From: Xanthobacteraceae bacterium
Lineage (GTDB): Bacteria > Pseudomonadota > Alphaproteobacteria > Rhizobiales > Xanthobacteraceae
NCBI GenBank assembly: GCA_035300505.1
Contig: DATGVJ010000374.1
Location: 1,259-65,258 of the forward strand
Direction: 5' to 3'
DNA length: 64,000 nucleotides
Shown: positions 28,614 to 37,589 of the stretch, one piece after another
Position numbering within the stretch: the stretch's first letter is position 1
Layout of the letters: each line of letters opens with the position of its first letter
Notes under the pieces: generated by a model
What the model saw: only the letters and a program-made list of their open reading frames with translations
The model's database searches: none
Told to the model about the DNA's origin: nothing
Translations under genes and position numbers: made by a program

Positions 28614-28696
28614 GCAAAAACGGTCCGATTGCGACGTGAAAACATAACGGTACTGCAGTTGCACTAAGGTAACGTAAAGGAATTCTTCACGCGCGC

Positions 28697-28975
28697 TCAC
28701 CTCCGTGATTGCTCGAACCGTCGCAGGTCTGGTGGCGCTTGGCCCGCACGTGTCGGCATCAACATGCGTTCGCCGCTGAGGAAATAATCTTGGTTACCGA
28801 TCCGAACCTGGTGTTCCTCTTCGCGCAAATCGTTTCTAGCCATTCGGGAGTTTTGCGGACATATCCCGCTTGATAGTCCACGGGGAAATGAGCGCATTGT
28901 CGATGACCGTGATCTCGTTGTGCAGGAGATCGCGTTTGGTCTTGTCGAGATAGAGGCGTTCCTTGACGATGGTCT
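28697..28975 (-). pseudogene. 3' fragment of a conserved hypothetical gene (two frames)
   Basis: Hand translation gives TIVKERLYLDKTKRDLLHNEITVIDNALISPWTIKRDMSAKLPNG, then a stop. It continues in another frame as ..EEEHQVRIGNQDYFLSGERMLMPTRAGQAPPDLRRFEQ. No start codon or N-terminus is present. Confidence 0.4.
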
Positions 28976-29049
28976 AGCTATCGCGGTGAAACGGCATGCC
29001 GCTTGAGTCATAGCTGCGTGGCCCACGGATCGTTCGTGTCTCGACGGCG

Positions 29050-29500
29050 TTGCCAGCGGCCGGTCATGGATTGCCATTCGGTTTGCCAGCCGTTCAACCG
29101 TATCGCCTTCCGCAACCGTCACGACCTTGAGGCGGTTCGGTTTGGAAGAATTGCTCTCTGCCGGGCTCATGCGGCGGAAGGTACCCACCGTGCCGCGAAA
29201 GCCCCGATCGACATCCGTGGTCAAGCGTGTTTAGCTGCAAAGATGGTCCGGTCGTTCGGACGCACTGACCAGTTTGTCGACCGTATCGCGAATGAGCGTA
29301 TCCGGTCGCGGGTCTTCATAGACGCCGTTATACGCGCCAACGATTCGCTGATGCTCGCGGACCGTCGCCGACACGGTTAAGGCAGGTGGCGGCGGGGCAG
29401 GTTTCGGCGTCTCAGCGACTGTGGCTTTCCGGTCCGGAATGGCCGCAGAAAAGCAGCCGCCAAGCATGAGGGGGAGCATGAGCGCAAGCGCGATGGAACC
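29050..29500 (-). pseudogene. M48-family metalloprotease/LysM lipoprotein relic with internal deletion
   Basis: N-terminal piece has a lipobox, MLPLMLGGC..REHQRIVGAYNGVYEDPRPDTLIRDTVDKLVSASERPD. It is fused after a stop to a C-terminal piece, ..TFRRMSPAESNSSKPNRLKVVTVAEGDTVERLANRMAIHDRPL. The HExxH catalytic core is missing. Confidence 0.55.
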
Positions 29501-29599
29501 CACACCCTTTCGGCAACCAAACTGTTCAGCGGTCACGATATCGGAACCGGGACCATCTTCCAGGATGCGAACGTCAAGGTCACAGCCGTCGAGAATACG

Positions 29600-30025
29600 C
29601 ACTTCAATTTTCCGCCCGGGAGCCCCGCGTATGGAAAATACAAATCATACGCCTACCGATTTGACACAGTCGACCGGTCGGTCGTCTTTACCGGCGACAC
29701 CGGCCCTAGCGATGCTATTGCGCAACTCGCCAAAGACGCCGATTTGCTGATCTCCGAGGTGACCAACCCGGTCGATGAATATAAAGGGCAACTGATCAAG
29801 GCCGGCCGCTGGCAGCTCATGACCCCGCAAGAACAGGCGGGGTATATCCGCCACCACATCGAGGAACACCTGTTGCCCGATGAACTCGGAAAATTGGCGG
29901 CCCGCGCCAATGTCAAGACCGTGGTGCTGACACACCTAAATGACGATTACATTCCCTTTGCCGAGATGGTGAAGAAACACTTCTCCGGCCAAGTCCTCAT
30001 TGCAAAGGACTTGATGGAATTTTGA
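29600..30025 (+). pseudogene. 5'-truncated MBL-fold hydrolase fragment
   Basis: In-frame reading gives ..YRFDTVDRSVVFTGDTGPSDAIAQLAKDADLLISEVTNP.. then ..VKTVVLTHL.., which is only the C-terminal third of a metallo-beta-lactamase fold. The HxHxDH region is absent. Confidence 0.5.
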
Positions 30026-30086
30026 TGGCGGCTTTCGAGGTCGAGCAAGCGGCGCAAGTTCATTCGCTTGTGTACAATGGGCTCGA

Positions 30087-30668
30087 CTACGGGCGTCGGC
30101 AGGCGCGGGCCTTAACGGTGCACTCGCCATTGCGACAGACATTGGTGCGACCGACCGTCACGTTTATCCCATAGTCTTCGCCGTGCGCGGAACGAACGGC
30201 TTGCTGCCAGCTCTCCTCGGCACCTTTTTTCGTCGCCGCCGAGGCGGAGATATAAGGGGTGCAGTAGGCCGTAGCAAACTTTTCGATCCCGAATCCTCCA
30301 GCCGCATAGCCGGCTAACCCCAGAATGACGACGACGCCCAGGAAGCGCCACACGCGCGCGGGTTCCGGTGCCGGCCCATAAGCATTGGGCCCAGGCATGC
30401 CACGGCGATAAAGAACGCGCATGCTTCCGAACAATTTCCAGCCACTGTACCCGAGGTCATGAGCCCGCTGGGCTCCAATTGCCTGCAGGCTCACGAGACC
30501 CGTCAAGGAGAAGATGGCATAGATCCAAACAGCTGCGCCGTAACCCAAGCCCATCGCGGCAATGCCGACGAAAATGCCCGAGGTGATCGCAGCCAGCCAT
30601 CCCAATATTCCGATCCACAATTCAGCACGCGTGATGCGGCCTCGAAAGGAAAACAGGATGCCGATCAC
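30087..30668 (-). CDS. DUF805-family membrane protein with Cys-containing C-terminal extension
   Basis: MIGILFSFRGRITRAELWIGILGW.. and ..QRAHDLGYSGWKLF are typical of DUF805 (YhaH-like). An extra TM helix and a soluble tail follow. Confidence 0.65.
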   Translation of the reverse strand: MIGILFSFRGRITRAELWIGILGWLAAITSGIFVGIAAMGLGYGAAVWIYAIFSLTGLVSLQAIGAQRAHDLGYSGWKLFGSMRVLYRRGMPGPNAYGPAPEPARVWRFLGVVVILGLAGYAAGGFGIEKFATAYCTPYISASAATKKGAEESWQQAVRSAHGEDYGINVTVGRTNVCRNGECTVKARACRRP

Positions 30669-30949
30669 GCTGCACCTCCGTCGCCAGGACCAAACGCAGA
30701 AAGTTGCGTTATCGGTCGGTGCGTTGCCGGGTCGCCACTATATAACCGATTCGGGCTATTTTTGCCTCGCTATGGTTAGGCCGAGAGCCGGCAGGCACGG
30801 GATCATGCCAACATAGAGAAAGTTCTGAGTTCTGGAAGCGCGCGCAAATATGGTCCGCAGTGCCCTCGATAACAAGCGTCAAAGCGTGTATGCTGCGCAG
30901 GTCGCCTACCAAAGATATACACACATTTGCCGCTTTCCGGGGGAGTTCG

Positions 30950-33900
30950 ATGCGTCGTGTTAAAGCAATCTTGACCGCAGCGCTTTTTTTAATCGCGAGC
31001 CCGCTCGCGCACAGTCAGCCAGATCCGCTTCGCATCTTTGATGGCCTGTGGAGTTCGATCAATTCTCCCGGATTGCAGGTGATCTTCAATCGGGTGAGTG
31101 CCGATCAGCGAGAAGCAAGTCTGTCCTTTGGACATGCTTCCATCAGCCTTTCGAATGGCCGCGACAATTCCAATCTTAAGGTCTCCGGCGAAGGCTTCGA
31201 TTGTTACTATTATGTTGCTGAGGACGTGACGCGCGTCCGAATGACCTGGGATTTGAAGAGCGGGCCTGGTGTCTGCCCGCCTTTGACGGTTTTTGAGAGA
31301 GCTGCGCCCCCACCTGAAAATAATGATGTTGCCGTTGCCGAGTGTGACCGGTTGGCAGCATCCCCCTTCGATCATCTTCGGCCTCCGGGAATTCCAGGGG
31401 TTCTTATTGATCGGATTGATGCCTCCCGGGCCGTACCAGCCTGTCAGGCGGCCGCGGCCGCCCGCCCTGACGACGGCCGGTTGATACTTCAGCTTGGTCG
31501 CGCCCTTTACCGCGTCGGCGGCATTGCCGAAAGGGAAGCCGCACGCCTGTACAAGGTTGCCGCTGACCAGGGCCACGCAGTCGCGCAAAACAATCTCGGC
31601 GTTCTTTATGCGAACGGCCGCAGCGGCCTCCCCAATGACGACCGCGAGGCCGCACGCCTCTCCAAGCTCGCTGCTGACCAAGGCTTTGCAATCGCGCAAT
31701 ATGGTCTCGGTACTTTTTATGCAACCGGCCGCGGCGGCCTCCCAAAGGATGACCAAGAGGCCGCACGCCTTTACAGGCTCGCCGCCGACCAGGGCTACGC
31801 GGTCGCGCAGTACACTCTCGGTGTTTTCCATGCGAACGGGCGCGGCGGCCTCTCCAAGGATGACACCGAGACCGCACGCCTCTACAAGCTCGCTGCTAAC
31901 CAAGGCAACGCTCTTGCGCAAGTCAACCTCGGTGTTTTCTATGCGAATGGCCGAGGTGGCCTCACCAAGGATGACACCGAGGCCGCACGCCTCTACAGGC
32001 TCGCCGCTGACCAAGGCAACGCTCTGGCGCAAGTCAACCTCGGTGTCTTCCATGCGAACGGCCGCGGCGGCATCCCCAAAGATGACCGTGAGGCCGCACG
32101 CCTCTACAAGCTCGCCGCTGACCAAGGCAATGCGTTCGCGCAAGCAAATCTCGGACTTTTCCATGCGAACAGCCGAGGTGGGCTCCCCAAGGATGACCAC
32201 GAGGCCGCGCGCCTTTACAAGCTCGCTGCTGACCAAGGCAATGCGTTCGCGCAAGCCAACCTCGGTGTTTTCCATGCGAACAGCCGAGGTGGGCTCCCCA
32301 AGGATGACCACGCGGCTGCACGCCTCTACAAGCTCGCCGCCGACCAGGGCAACGCGTTCGCGCAAGGCAACCTCGGTATTTTCTACGCGAACGGGCGCGG
32401 CGGCCTGCCCAAGGATGACCGCGAGGCCGCACGCCTCTACAAGCTTGCCGCCGACCAAGGCAACGTGTTCGCGCAGTCCAATCTCGCTATTATTTATGAA
32501 ATCGGGCTGGGCGGCGTCTCCAAAGATGCGGGTGAGGGGGCACGCCTCAACAACCTCGCCGCCTCCCAGGACAACGCGCCGGCGCAACAGCTGCCAGCGC
32601 CAAAATTTGAAACGGAGCCATTTTCCGGCAGCGAGTTGCTCAACGGCAAACGGATTGCCGAACAAGAATGCGCAAATCTTGCGGGAGCAGTCTGGGTCGT
32701 CGTGGACCGAAAAGGAGAGTGCATTCGCTATTATCACACAAGTGCTGGCTCCGGCGCGGACGTGCTGATCTTCCTGACCATCGATATGGTTTCCGTAAAC
32801 GGGCGGGGCGAGGCAAAGCCGCACGAAATTTATTTGCGGCAGACCCCGGCAAATCTCAAGAACGGCAGCGCGAGCTGGTCAAGGGCTCTTGCGCTGCCCT
32901 ATGTGCATCTGGCGCGTCCGGGCACAGAAGGGTCTTCGGGCGAACATAACCAGAGGCGAACCCCACGCGAGATCGAGCTGATTTCGGCAGCGATCGATGC
33001 GATCAAGTTGCGACACAACTATGCACGCATCCATATCGCCGCCTACGACGCGGGCGCACATGCGGCGGCGGTTCTCCTGGCGAAGCGCAGCGACCTTGGT
33101 TGCGTGGTGCTTGCCTCAGGCATGGTCTCGCTGCGAAGCCTTCTCGCAGAACAGGGTCGCGCCATTGACTTCACAGGTCACAAGACTGCGATTGATCCTA
33201 TCACGCTCGTCGATCGTATCGCCAAGCGGCCGGACCTGCGCATTTTCGTTGTGACGGACCCCGACGATCTCGTCATCTCGGCGCGCTCGCAAACAATCTA
33301 TGCCAAGCGTCTTGCAGCTGCAGGTCTGCCGGTCCGGCAAATCTTTACGGCCGCTTCCGGCTACAGCGCCCACGGTTTGTTCGAGCCAGCACGCCAAATC
33401 GCTGCGAACTGCGCCAAGGGAATGGCCGACGATGCAATCGTTGCTTCGATTCAAAAAAAACTGCCCGAAACGCCCCCCGACGCCGACGACCCGCCATTGC
33501 ACGGCACCGACGTCATAAGCCGCGGGGTCAAGCTTAATGAGGCGCAATGCAAGAAGCTCGGTATGGCGCTTTGGGTGCATGCCGAGGGCCGCGATTTTTG
33601 CGTGCGGTATTGGCTCTCCACGGTGGGCGGCTCCAAGGATGAGGCGGAAATATATTTTCACGGAGACCTCGGCGATCCCAAGAAACCGCTCGGGGCGCTC
33701 AGTGCTCCCGCGGCGCGAATGACCTCCGGTGGTTTGCAGCGGGAGGCCCACGGCTGGTCACGGTCGTTCGGCGGCCCCTATGCGGAGGTTGGACGACTTG
33801 GCGCGTTGGGTTCCTCCGGAGTCCATCTCCATGAGCGTCGTACGCTGCTCGAGGTCCGCGTCGCGATGGCCGCGCTCGACGGCCTAAAAGAGCGACATCG

Positions 33901-34396
33901 GTTCAAACGATTTCACCTGGTGGGCCAGTCCGGAGGCGGACACACGGTTGCGGCGCTGACCCAGTTGAGAAATGACATCGGCTGCGCCGTCATGGCGTCC
34001 GGCGCAGTGTCGGTGAAATCGGTGCATCGGGATCGCGGCCTCCAGGCGGGACCATTGATCAAGTCGCTCTACGACCCCATCGATCATGTTGCGAAGATGC
34101 AGGATCAGGCGGGGCGGCGCATGGTTGTCCTGGCGGATCCAGACGACCGCATCGTTTCCGCACGCTCGCAGCGGGAGTTCGTCGATCGCGTCCGGTCCCG
34201 CGGACTGCCGATCCTGCACATTACGGCGGCCGCCGGCGATGAAGACCATCACGGGCTGGCATCGATCGGCAGGCGTCTGGTTGCGGATTGCGCCAAAGGT
34301 GTCGATGATGAGGTGTTGATCAAGCGTTACCAGGACAAGGTAGCGCCAGCGCTCACCCCTTCTTCGCCACCGGCACCGGCACGCCGGCAATCTTGA
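30950..34396 (+). CDS. secreted Sel1-repeat protein with two tandem alpha/beta-hydrolase-like modules
   Basis: GGGGGAG precedes ATG 30950. Signal peptide MRRVKAILTAALFLIASPLAHS. About 9-10 consecutive 36-aa Sel1 repeats (EAARLYKLAADQGNAFAQANLGVFHANSRGGLPKDDH). Two homologous modules of about 265 aa follow, and the second carries HLVGQSGGGH. Confidence 0.85.
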   Translation: MRRVKAILTAALFLIASPLAHSQPDPLRIFDGLWSSINSPGLQVIFNRVSADQREASLSFGHASISLSNGRDNSNLKVSGEGFDCYYYVAEDVTRVRMTWDLKSGPGVCPPLTVFERAAPPPENNDVAVAECDRLAASPFDHLRPPGIPGVLIDRIDASRAVPACQAAAAARPDDGRLILQLGRALYRVGGIAEREAARLYKVAADQGHAVAQNNLGVLYANGRSGLPNDDREAARLSKLAADQGFAIAQYGLGTFYATGRGGLPKDDQEAARLYRLAADQGYAVAQYTLGVFHANGRGGLSKDDTETARLYKLAANQGNALAQVNLGVFYANGRGGLTKDDTEAARLYRLAADQGNALAQVNLGVFHANGRGGIPKDDREAARLYKLAADQGNAFAQANLGLFHANSRGGLPKDDHEAARLYKLAADQGNAFAQANLGVFHANSRGGLPKDDHAAARLYKLAADQGNAFAQGNLGIFYANGRGGLPKDDREAARLYKLAADQGNVFAQSNLAIIYEIGLGGVSKDAGEGARLNNLAASQDNAPAQQLPAPKFETEPFSGSELLNGKRIAEQECANLAGAVWVVVDRKGECIRYYHTSAGSGADVLIFLTIDMVSVNGRGEAKPHEIYLRQTPANLKNGSASWSRALALPYVHLARPGTEGSSGEHNQRRTPREIELISAAIDAIKLRHNYARIHIAAYDAGAHAAAVLLAKRSDLGCVVLASGMVSLRSLLAEQGRAIDFTGHKTAIDPITLVDRIAKRPDLRIFVVTDPDDLVISARSQTIYAKRLAAAGLPVRQIFTAASGYSAHGLFEPARQIAANCAKGMADDAIVASIQKKLPETPPDADDPPLHGTDVISRGVKLNEAQCKKLGMALWVHAEGRDFCVRYWLSTVGGSKDEAEIYFHGDLGDPKKPLGALSAPAARMTSGGLQREAHGWSRSFGGPYAEVGRLGALGSSGVHLHERRTLLEVRVAMAALDGLKERHRFKRFHLVGQSGGGHTVAALTQLRNDIGCAVMASGAVSVKSVHRDRGLQAGPLIKSLYDPIDHVAKMQDQAGRRMVVLADPDDRIVSARSQREFVDRVRSRGLPILHITAAAGDEDHHGLASIGRRLVADCAKGVDDEVLIKRYQDKVAPALTPSSPPAPARRQS
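31535..32560 (+). repeat. 108-nt coding tandem array (Sel1 repeats)
   Basis: The repeats are head-to-tail with no spacers. Several neighbouring units are nearly identical at the DNA level. The array also generates the stop-free antisense ORF 30989..32824. Confidence 0.85.
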
Positions 34397-35354
34397 CCTT
34401 CACGGCGCCGACATAGTTCCAGTTGGTGTAGTAGAGCGTCTTCCAGTCGTCGCCGCCGAAGGCGATGTTGGTGGTCTCAGGGCGCCCATGCACGATGCGG
34501 CCGAGTTTCTTGCCCTTGGGGTCGAGAATGTAGATTCCGCCCGACCCGCCGCAATAGACGTTGCCCGCAACGTCGACTTTCAAGCCGTCGGGACCGCCGG
34601 GTTCTGGACCGCGCAGGTCGGCAAAAACACGATCGGTCTGTTTGGCCAAAAGGCCATTGGGCAAAACGTCGAACGCGCGGATGAGCCCGCGCCGGAAATC
34701 CGTGATGTACATCACGCTCTCGTCCGGTGAAAACGCAAGCCCATTCGGAAACACGAAGTCGTTCGCCAGCAAGGTCATGGTTCCGAGGTCCGCCGATACC
34801 CGATAGACGCCCGGGAACCCGATGTCCCATTGCTCGGGCATCGCGTTCAACGGATCGGTGAAATAGATCGCGCCGTCCGATTTCACGATGACGTCGTTTG
34901 GGATGTTGAGCTGCTTGCCCTGGAAGCTGCCGGAGATCACCGTGATGCTGCCATCGGCTTCGCGCCGCGTGATCCGCCGCGTCACGCGTTCGCAGCCGAC
35001 CAGGCGGCCCTGAAGGTCGCGCGTGAGCCCGTTGGTGCGGTTGACCGGCTCGCGCGCCACCGAGGCGCCCTGCCCGGGCACATATTTCATCTGTCGATTG
35101 TTGTGGATGTCGCTGTAGAGAAGATAGCCGCCTTCCTTCCACCAGAGCGGGCCTTCGGTCGGCCCCATGGTGCCGCCGGTGCCTGAGGCGAGTTCCTCAA
35201 TCGGCTCGGACGTGGCGATGATGCTGTCGAGTTCCGGAGCAAATTTTTCGATCCGCTTTGCCGTCTGCGCGGACGCGCGCGACCCGCCAACCGCAAGACC
35301 GGCCGCCGACATCGCCAGCATGTGCCGCCGCGAAATGTCGGATTGTTTAGCCAT
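34353..35354 (-). CDS. Tat-exported SMP-30/gluconolactonase/LRE-family beta-propeller protein
   Basis: GGGAGGAAACG precedes ATG 35354. Tat-like SRRHMLAMSAAGLAVGG. Further motifs are PNDVIVKSDGAIYFTDP, PNGLAFSPDE and GGPDGLKVDVAGNVY. Confidence 0.8.
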   Translation of the reverse strand: MAKQSDISRRHMLAMSAAGLAVGGSRASAQTAKRIEKFAPELDSIIATSEPIEELASGTGGTMGPTEGPLWWKEGGYLLYSDIHNNRQMKYVPGQGASVAREPVNRTNGLTRDLQGRLVGCERVTRRITRREADGSITVISGSFQGKQLNIPNDVIVKSDGAIYFTDPLNAMPEQWDIGFPGVYRVSADLGTMTLLANDFVFPNGLAFSPDESVMYITDFRRGLIRAFDVLPNGLLAKQTDRVFADLRGPEPGGPDGLKVDVAGNVYCGGSGGIYILDPKGKKLGRIVHGRPETTNIAFGGDDWKTLYYTNWNYVGAVKVKIAGVPVPVAKKG

Positions 35355-35423
35355 CGTTTCCTCCCTTGGGTTCACCTCTTATTCTACGCGGAGGATACCC
35401 CAAAAAACCATTGGCCGCTGGTA

Positions 35424-36794
35424 TTAACGCGCCGCCAACATGGTTTTCGATGTGCGGTTTTCATCATCATCGTCGGATGGATGCAGCCTCCGCGGGTGGG
35501 TTGTGGCTCGGCCAAGCGCCTCCAGCCGGGTCCGCACCAAGGCAATGTGGTCGCGCAGGATGTAGAGCTGGCTGACAAAGCCCGGCGGCAGCTTGATGTG
35601 ATTGGCTTGCTGCTCGAGCCGATCGAGTTGCGCCGCCAATTGCAGGTCATTGCGGTTGACGCCGGTGCGCTCCATCTCGTCTTCCAACAAACGCAATTCG
35701 CCGTAAAGACGCGTGATCTTCGAGCGCATGGCCCAGCCGTATAGAGCCGGTGCAATCCGCACCAAGGGATAGAGGACGCCCAGGAGCGGTATGGCAACGA
35801 TGACCAGCCGCCCGATCAGGGAGGCGGCCCAGAACGGCAGGTAGTTCTGCAGAATAGGTCTGCCCGATTTGTAAAACTGGAGCGCATCGGCCGCCAGCGG
35901 GAGGTCAGTCATCTCGGCGGCGGGAAACTGGCCGGCATGATTGAAGATGCCCGGCGCCGAATGCACCTGCACCGCGGTCTGCAGCAGCAGAAATTTCAGC
36001 GCCGAGTGCAGGTCTTTGCGGACTGCCAGACTGGCCTTCGGCGCAACCAGCGCGACGTCCGAGGACGGACGGTTGCGGGCGAGGTCGGCGACGCCTTCCG
36101 GAACGATCACTTTGCTGAGAAAGGGAAAGAGCGCCACATAGGCGTCGGCGTTAGGGAAACTGGAGACCGTCACCCGCTCATCGGTGATCAGGCGGGCAAT
36201 GACGGGCGAGTCGAAAGCGACGAGCAGGATCGCGGCGTCGATCTCGCCGGCCAGCAGCTTCTCGCTCGCCACTTGTGTCGTCAAAGGCAGAAGTTCCCCG
36301 ACCGCATCGGCCATACCGCTGCGTTTGAGAAGTTCCAGCGCCACGGCGCGGGTTCCGCTGCCTTCCGGTCCGACCGACACTTTCTTGCCGCGCAGCGCAT
36401 CGAGCCCGCGGCCGCGCAACTCGCTGCGCAGGAACAGCCAAAGCGGTTCGTAGAAGACGGTTCCGAGCGCTTCGGCCTCGGGCGACGAGCGCTCGTCGGT
36501 AATGCCGCCCTGCAGCAACGCCACACTCACGCCGGACTGGGGGTCGCGCAGCAACTTTAGATTTTCCAGTGCGCCGCTGGTCGGCACCAGCCGCAGCGTG
36601 ATGCCATCGCGTGCCAACAGGTCGCGATAGCGCTTGCCGACCTCGAAATAAGCGCCGCCTTCGGCACCGGTCGCCATGGTGATGACGCGCGGCGGCAGCG
36701 TATACCACACCATGAAGGCAGCGCCCGCCATCACGGCCGCCACCGCCAGGCTCATGAGGAACCAGCGCGCGCGTGAAAATCCTTTGACAGCCAT
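35424..36794 (-). CDS. TAXI-family (TRAP-type) solute-binding protein homologue with C-terminal membrane/coiled-coil region
   Basis: N-terminal anchor, then ITMATGAEGGAYFEVGKRYRDLLARDGITLRLVPTSGALENLKLL..VSVALLQGG, which is typical of TAXI binding proteins. C-terminal TM helices and a helical tail follow. Confidence 0.6.
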   Translation of the reverse strand: MAVKGFSRARWFLMSLAVAAVMAGAAFMVWYTLPPRVITMATGAEGGAYFEVGKRYRDLLARDGITLRLVPTSGALENLKLLRDPQSGVSVALLQGGITDERSSPEAEALGTVFYEPLWLFLRSELRGRGLDALRGKKVSVGPEGSGTRAVALELLKRSGMADAVGELLPLTTQVASEKLLAGEIDAAILLVAFDSPVIARLITDERVTVSSFPNADAYVALFPFLSKVIVPEGVADLARNRPSSDVALVAPKASLAVRKDLHSALKFLLLQTAVQVHSAPGIFNHAGQFPAAEMTDLPLAADALQFYKSGRPILQNYLPFWAASLIGRLVIVAIPLLGVLYPLVRIAPALYGWAMRSKITRLYGELRLLEDEMERTGVNRNDLQLAAQLDRLEQQANHIKLPPGFVSQLYILRDHIALVRTRLEALGRATTHPRRLHPSDDDDENRTSKTMLAAR

Positions 36795-37006
36795 ACCAAA
36801 CCTTGTTTGTGTCCAGTTTCCCCGCGGATGCTCCAGCCCGAGAAGGACGTTGAAAATGGCGCGAATGCGGCAAACGACCGACGCAGTGCCGGTATGACGC
36901 TGCGCTGAGCCGACATCCCATGCAGGCGCAGACGGCGAAGTAACAATTTATCGATGTTGCCGACAAGACAGGAATTATCCGCTGCGATCCTCGCACACTA
37001 CAAGCC

Positions 37007-37250
37007 GTGATCGACAACTACTGGCGCGAAGCTGGTCTTGTTTACGATCGCATCGGCGAACTTCGCGAAGACCCGATCAATGGCCGTTTCGACGTCAGGC
37101 ATTTGACCGCCATTCACGCCTATATCTTTCAGGACTTGCCGCATCATCAACCAGGGATCATCCGTTCGGATGCGAAAAACTGGACCAAGCGCCGCGAGCT
37201 TGAAGGACGGTCAGGCGCACACTCGGTTCCGTATGTCAGCTACAGAGACA
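37007..37250 (+). pseudogene. possible Fic/Doc-family N-terminal fragment
   Basis: ..NGRFDVRHLTAIHAYIFQDLPHHQPGIIR resembles the segment preceding the Fic motif (FD..HL..IH..LFQD....AG..R). No HxFx(D/E)GNGR motif follows. There is no ATG, and the frame stays open upstream only to a TAA at 36941. Confidence 0.3.
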
Positions 37251-37567
37251 AACAATACGTGCGGGTCGATGATCTTCAGGTGCAGGCCCCATGCGGCGAT
37301 TTCGACAGCGGCCAGCGCAATCGCCACGGCCTCCGCGCGTTTATTGCACTGCGTGAAATAGGCGATCAGTTCGGGGTGATAGAGGACATCTTCGAGCGCT
37401 CACGCACTTTGTCGAGATCGGCTTCGTTGGCCAGAAGGTCATCGTTGAATGTATGATCGACGGTCGAAGTCATGACACCCCGAAAAGCTTGCTGCCCCGC
37501 TGTCAAGGCCGGAAGTAGATCATTTCGATTACGCGCTGCAAGGTAGAGTTGTGGACGGAAAATAATG

Positions 37568-37589
37568 CATTAACATCATTATGTTAATG
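37568..37589. promoter_or_regulatory. perfect 9-4-9 palindrome in an AT-rich intergenic island
   Basis: CATTAACAT-CATT-ATGTTAATG. The surrounding 37480-37620 region is conspicuously AT-rich for this genome. Confidence 0.3.

Noticed and set aside
26343-30860. Genomic island or IS-mediated insertion explaining the pseudogene cluster.
   Set aside because: No transposase, integrase, tRNA attachment site or long direct repeats were seen. Only REP hairpins are present. It is left as an unexplained decay hotspot.
31535-32560. CRISPR array.
   Set aside because: The repeats are 108 nt, directly abutting with no unique spacers, and are in frame within a long CDS. No cas genes are present.
30989-32824. 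611-aa minus-strand ORF through the Sel1 array.
   Set aside because: It is a stop-free antisense frame, a by-product of the 108-nt repeat. The plus strand encodes canonical Sel1 repeats with a signal peptide and a Shine-Dalgarno.
36178-37017. 279-aa minus-strand ORF, and similar long ORFs at 44692..45666 (+), 46315..47583 (+), 48758..49822 (+), 50593..51576 (+), 52020..52916 (+), 22494..23594 (+), 23449..24369 (+), 54966..55628 (-) and 56121..56798 (-).
   Set aside because: Each is out of frame with or antisense to a gene with recognisable motifs (TAXI, amidohydrolase, S8, GlcG pair, MFS pair, MoxR, DUF4350, PBP). Their compositions are Arg/Ala/Gly-dominated.
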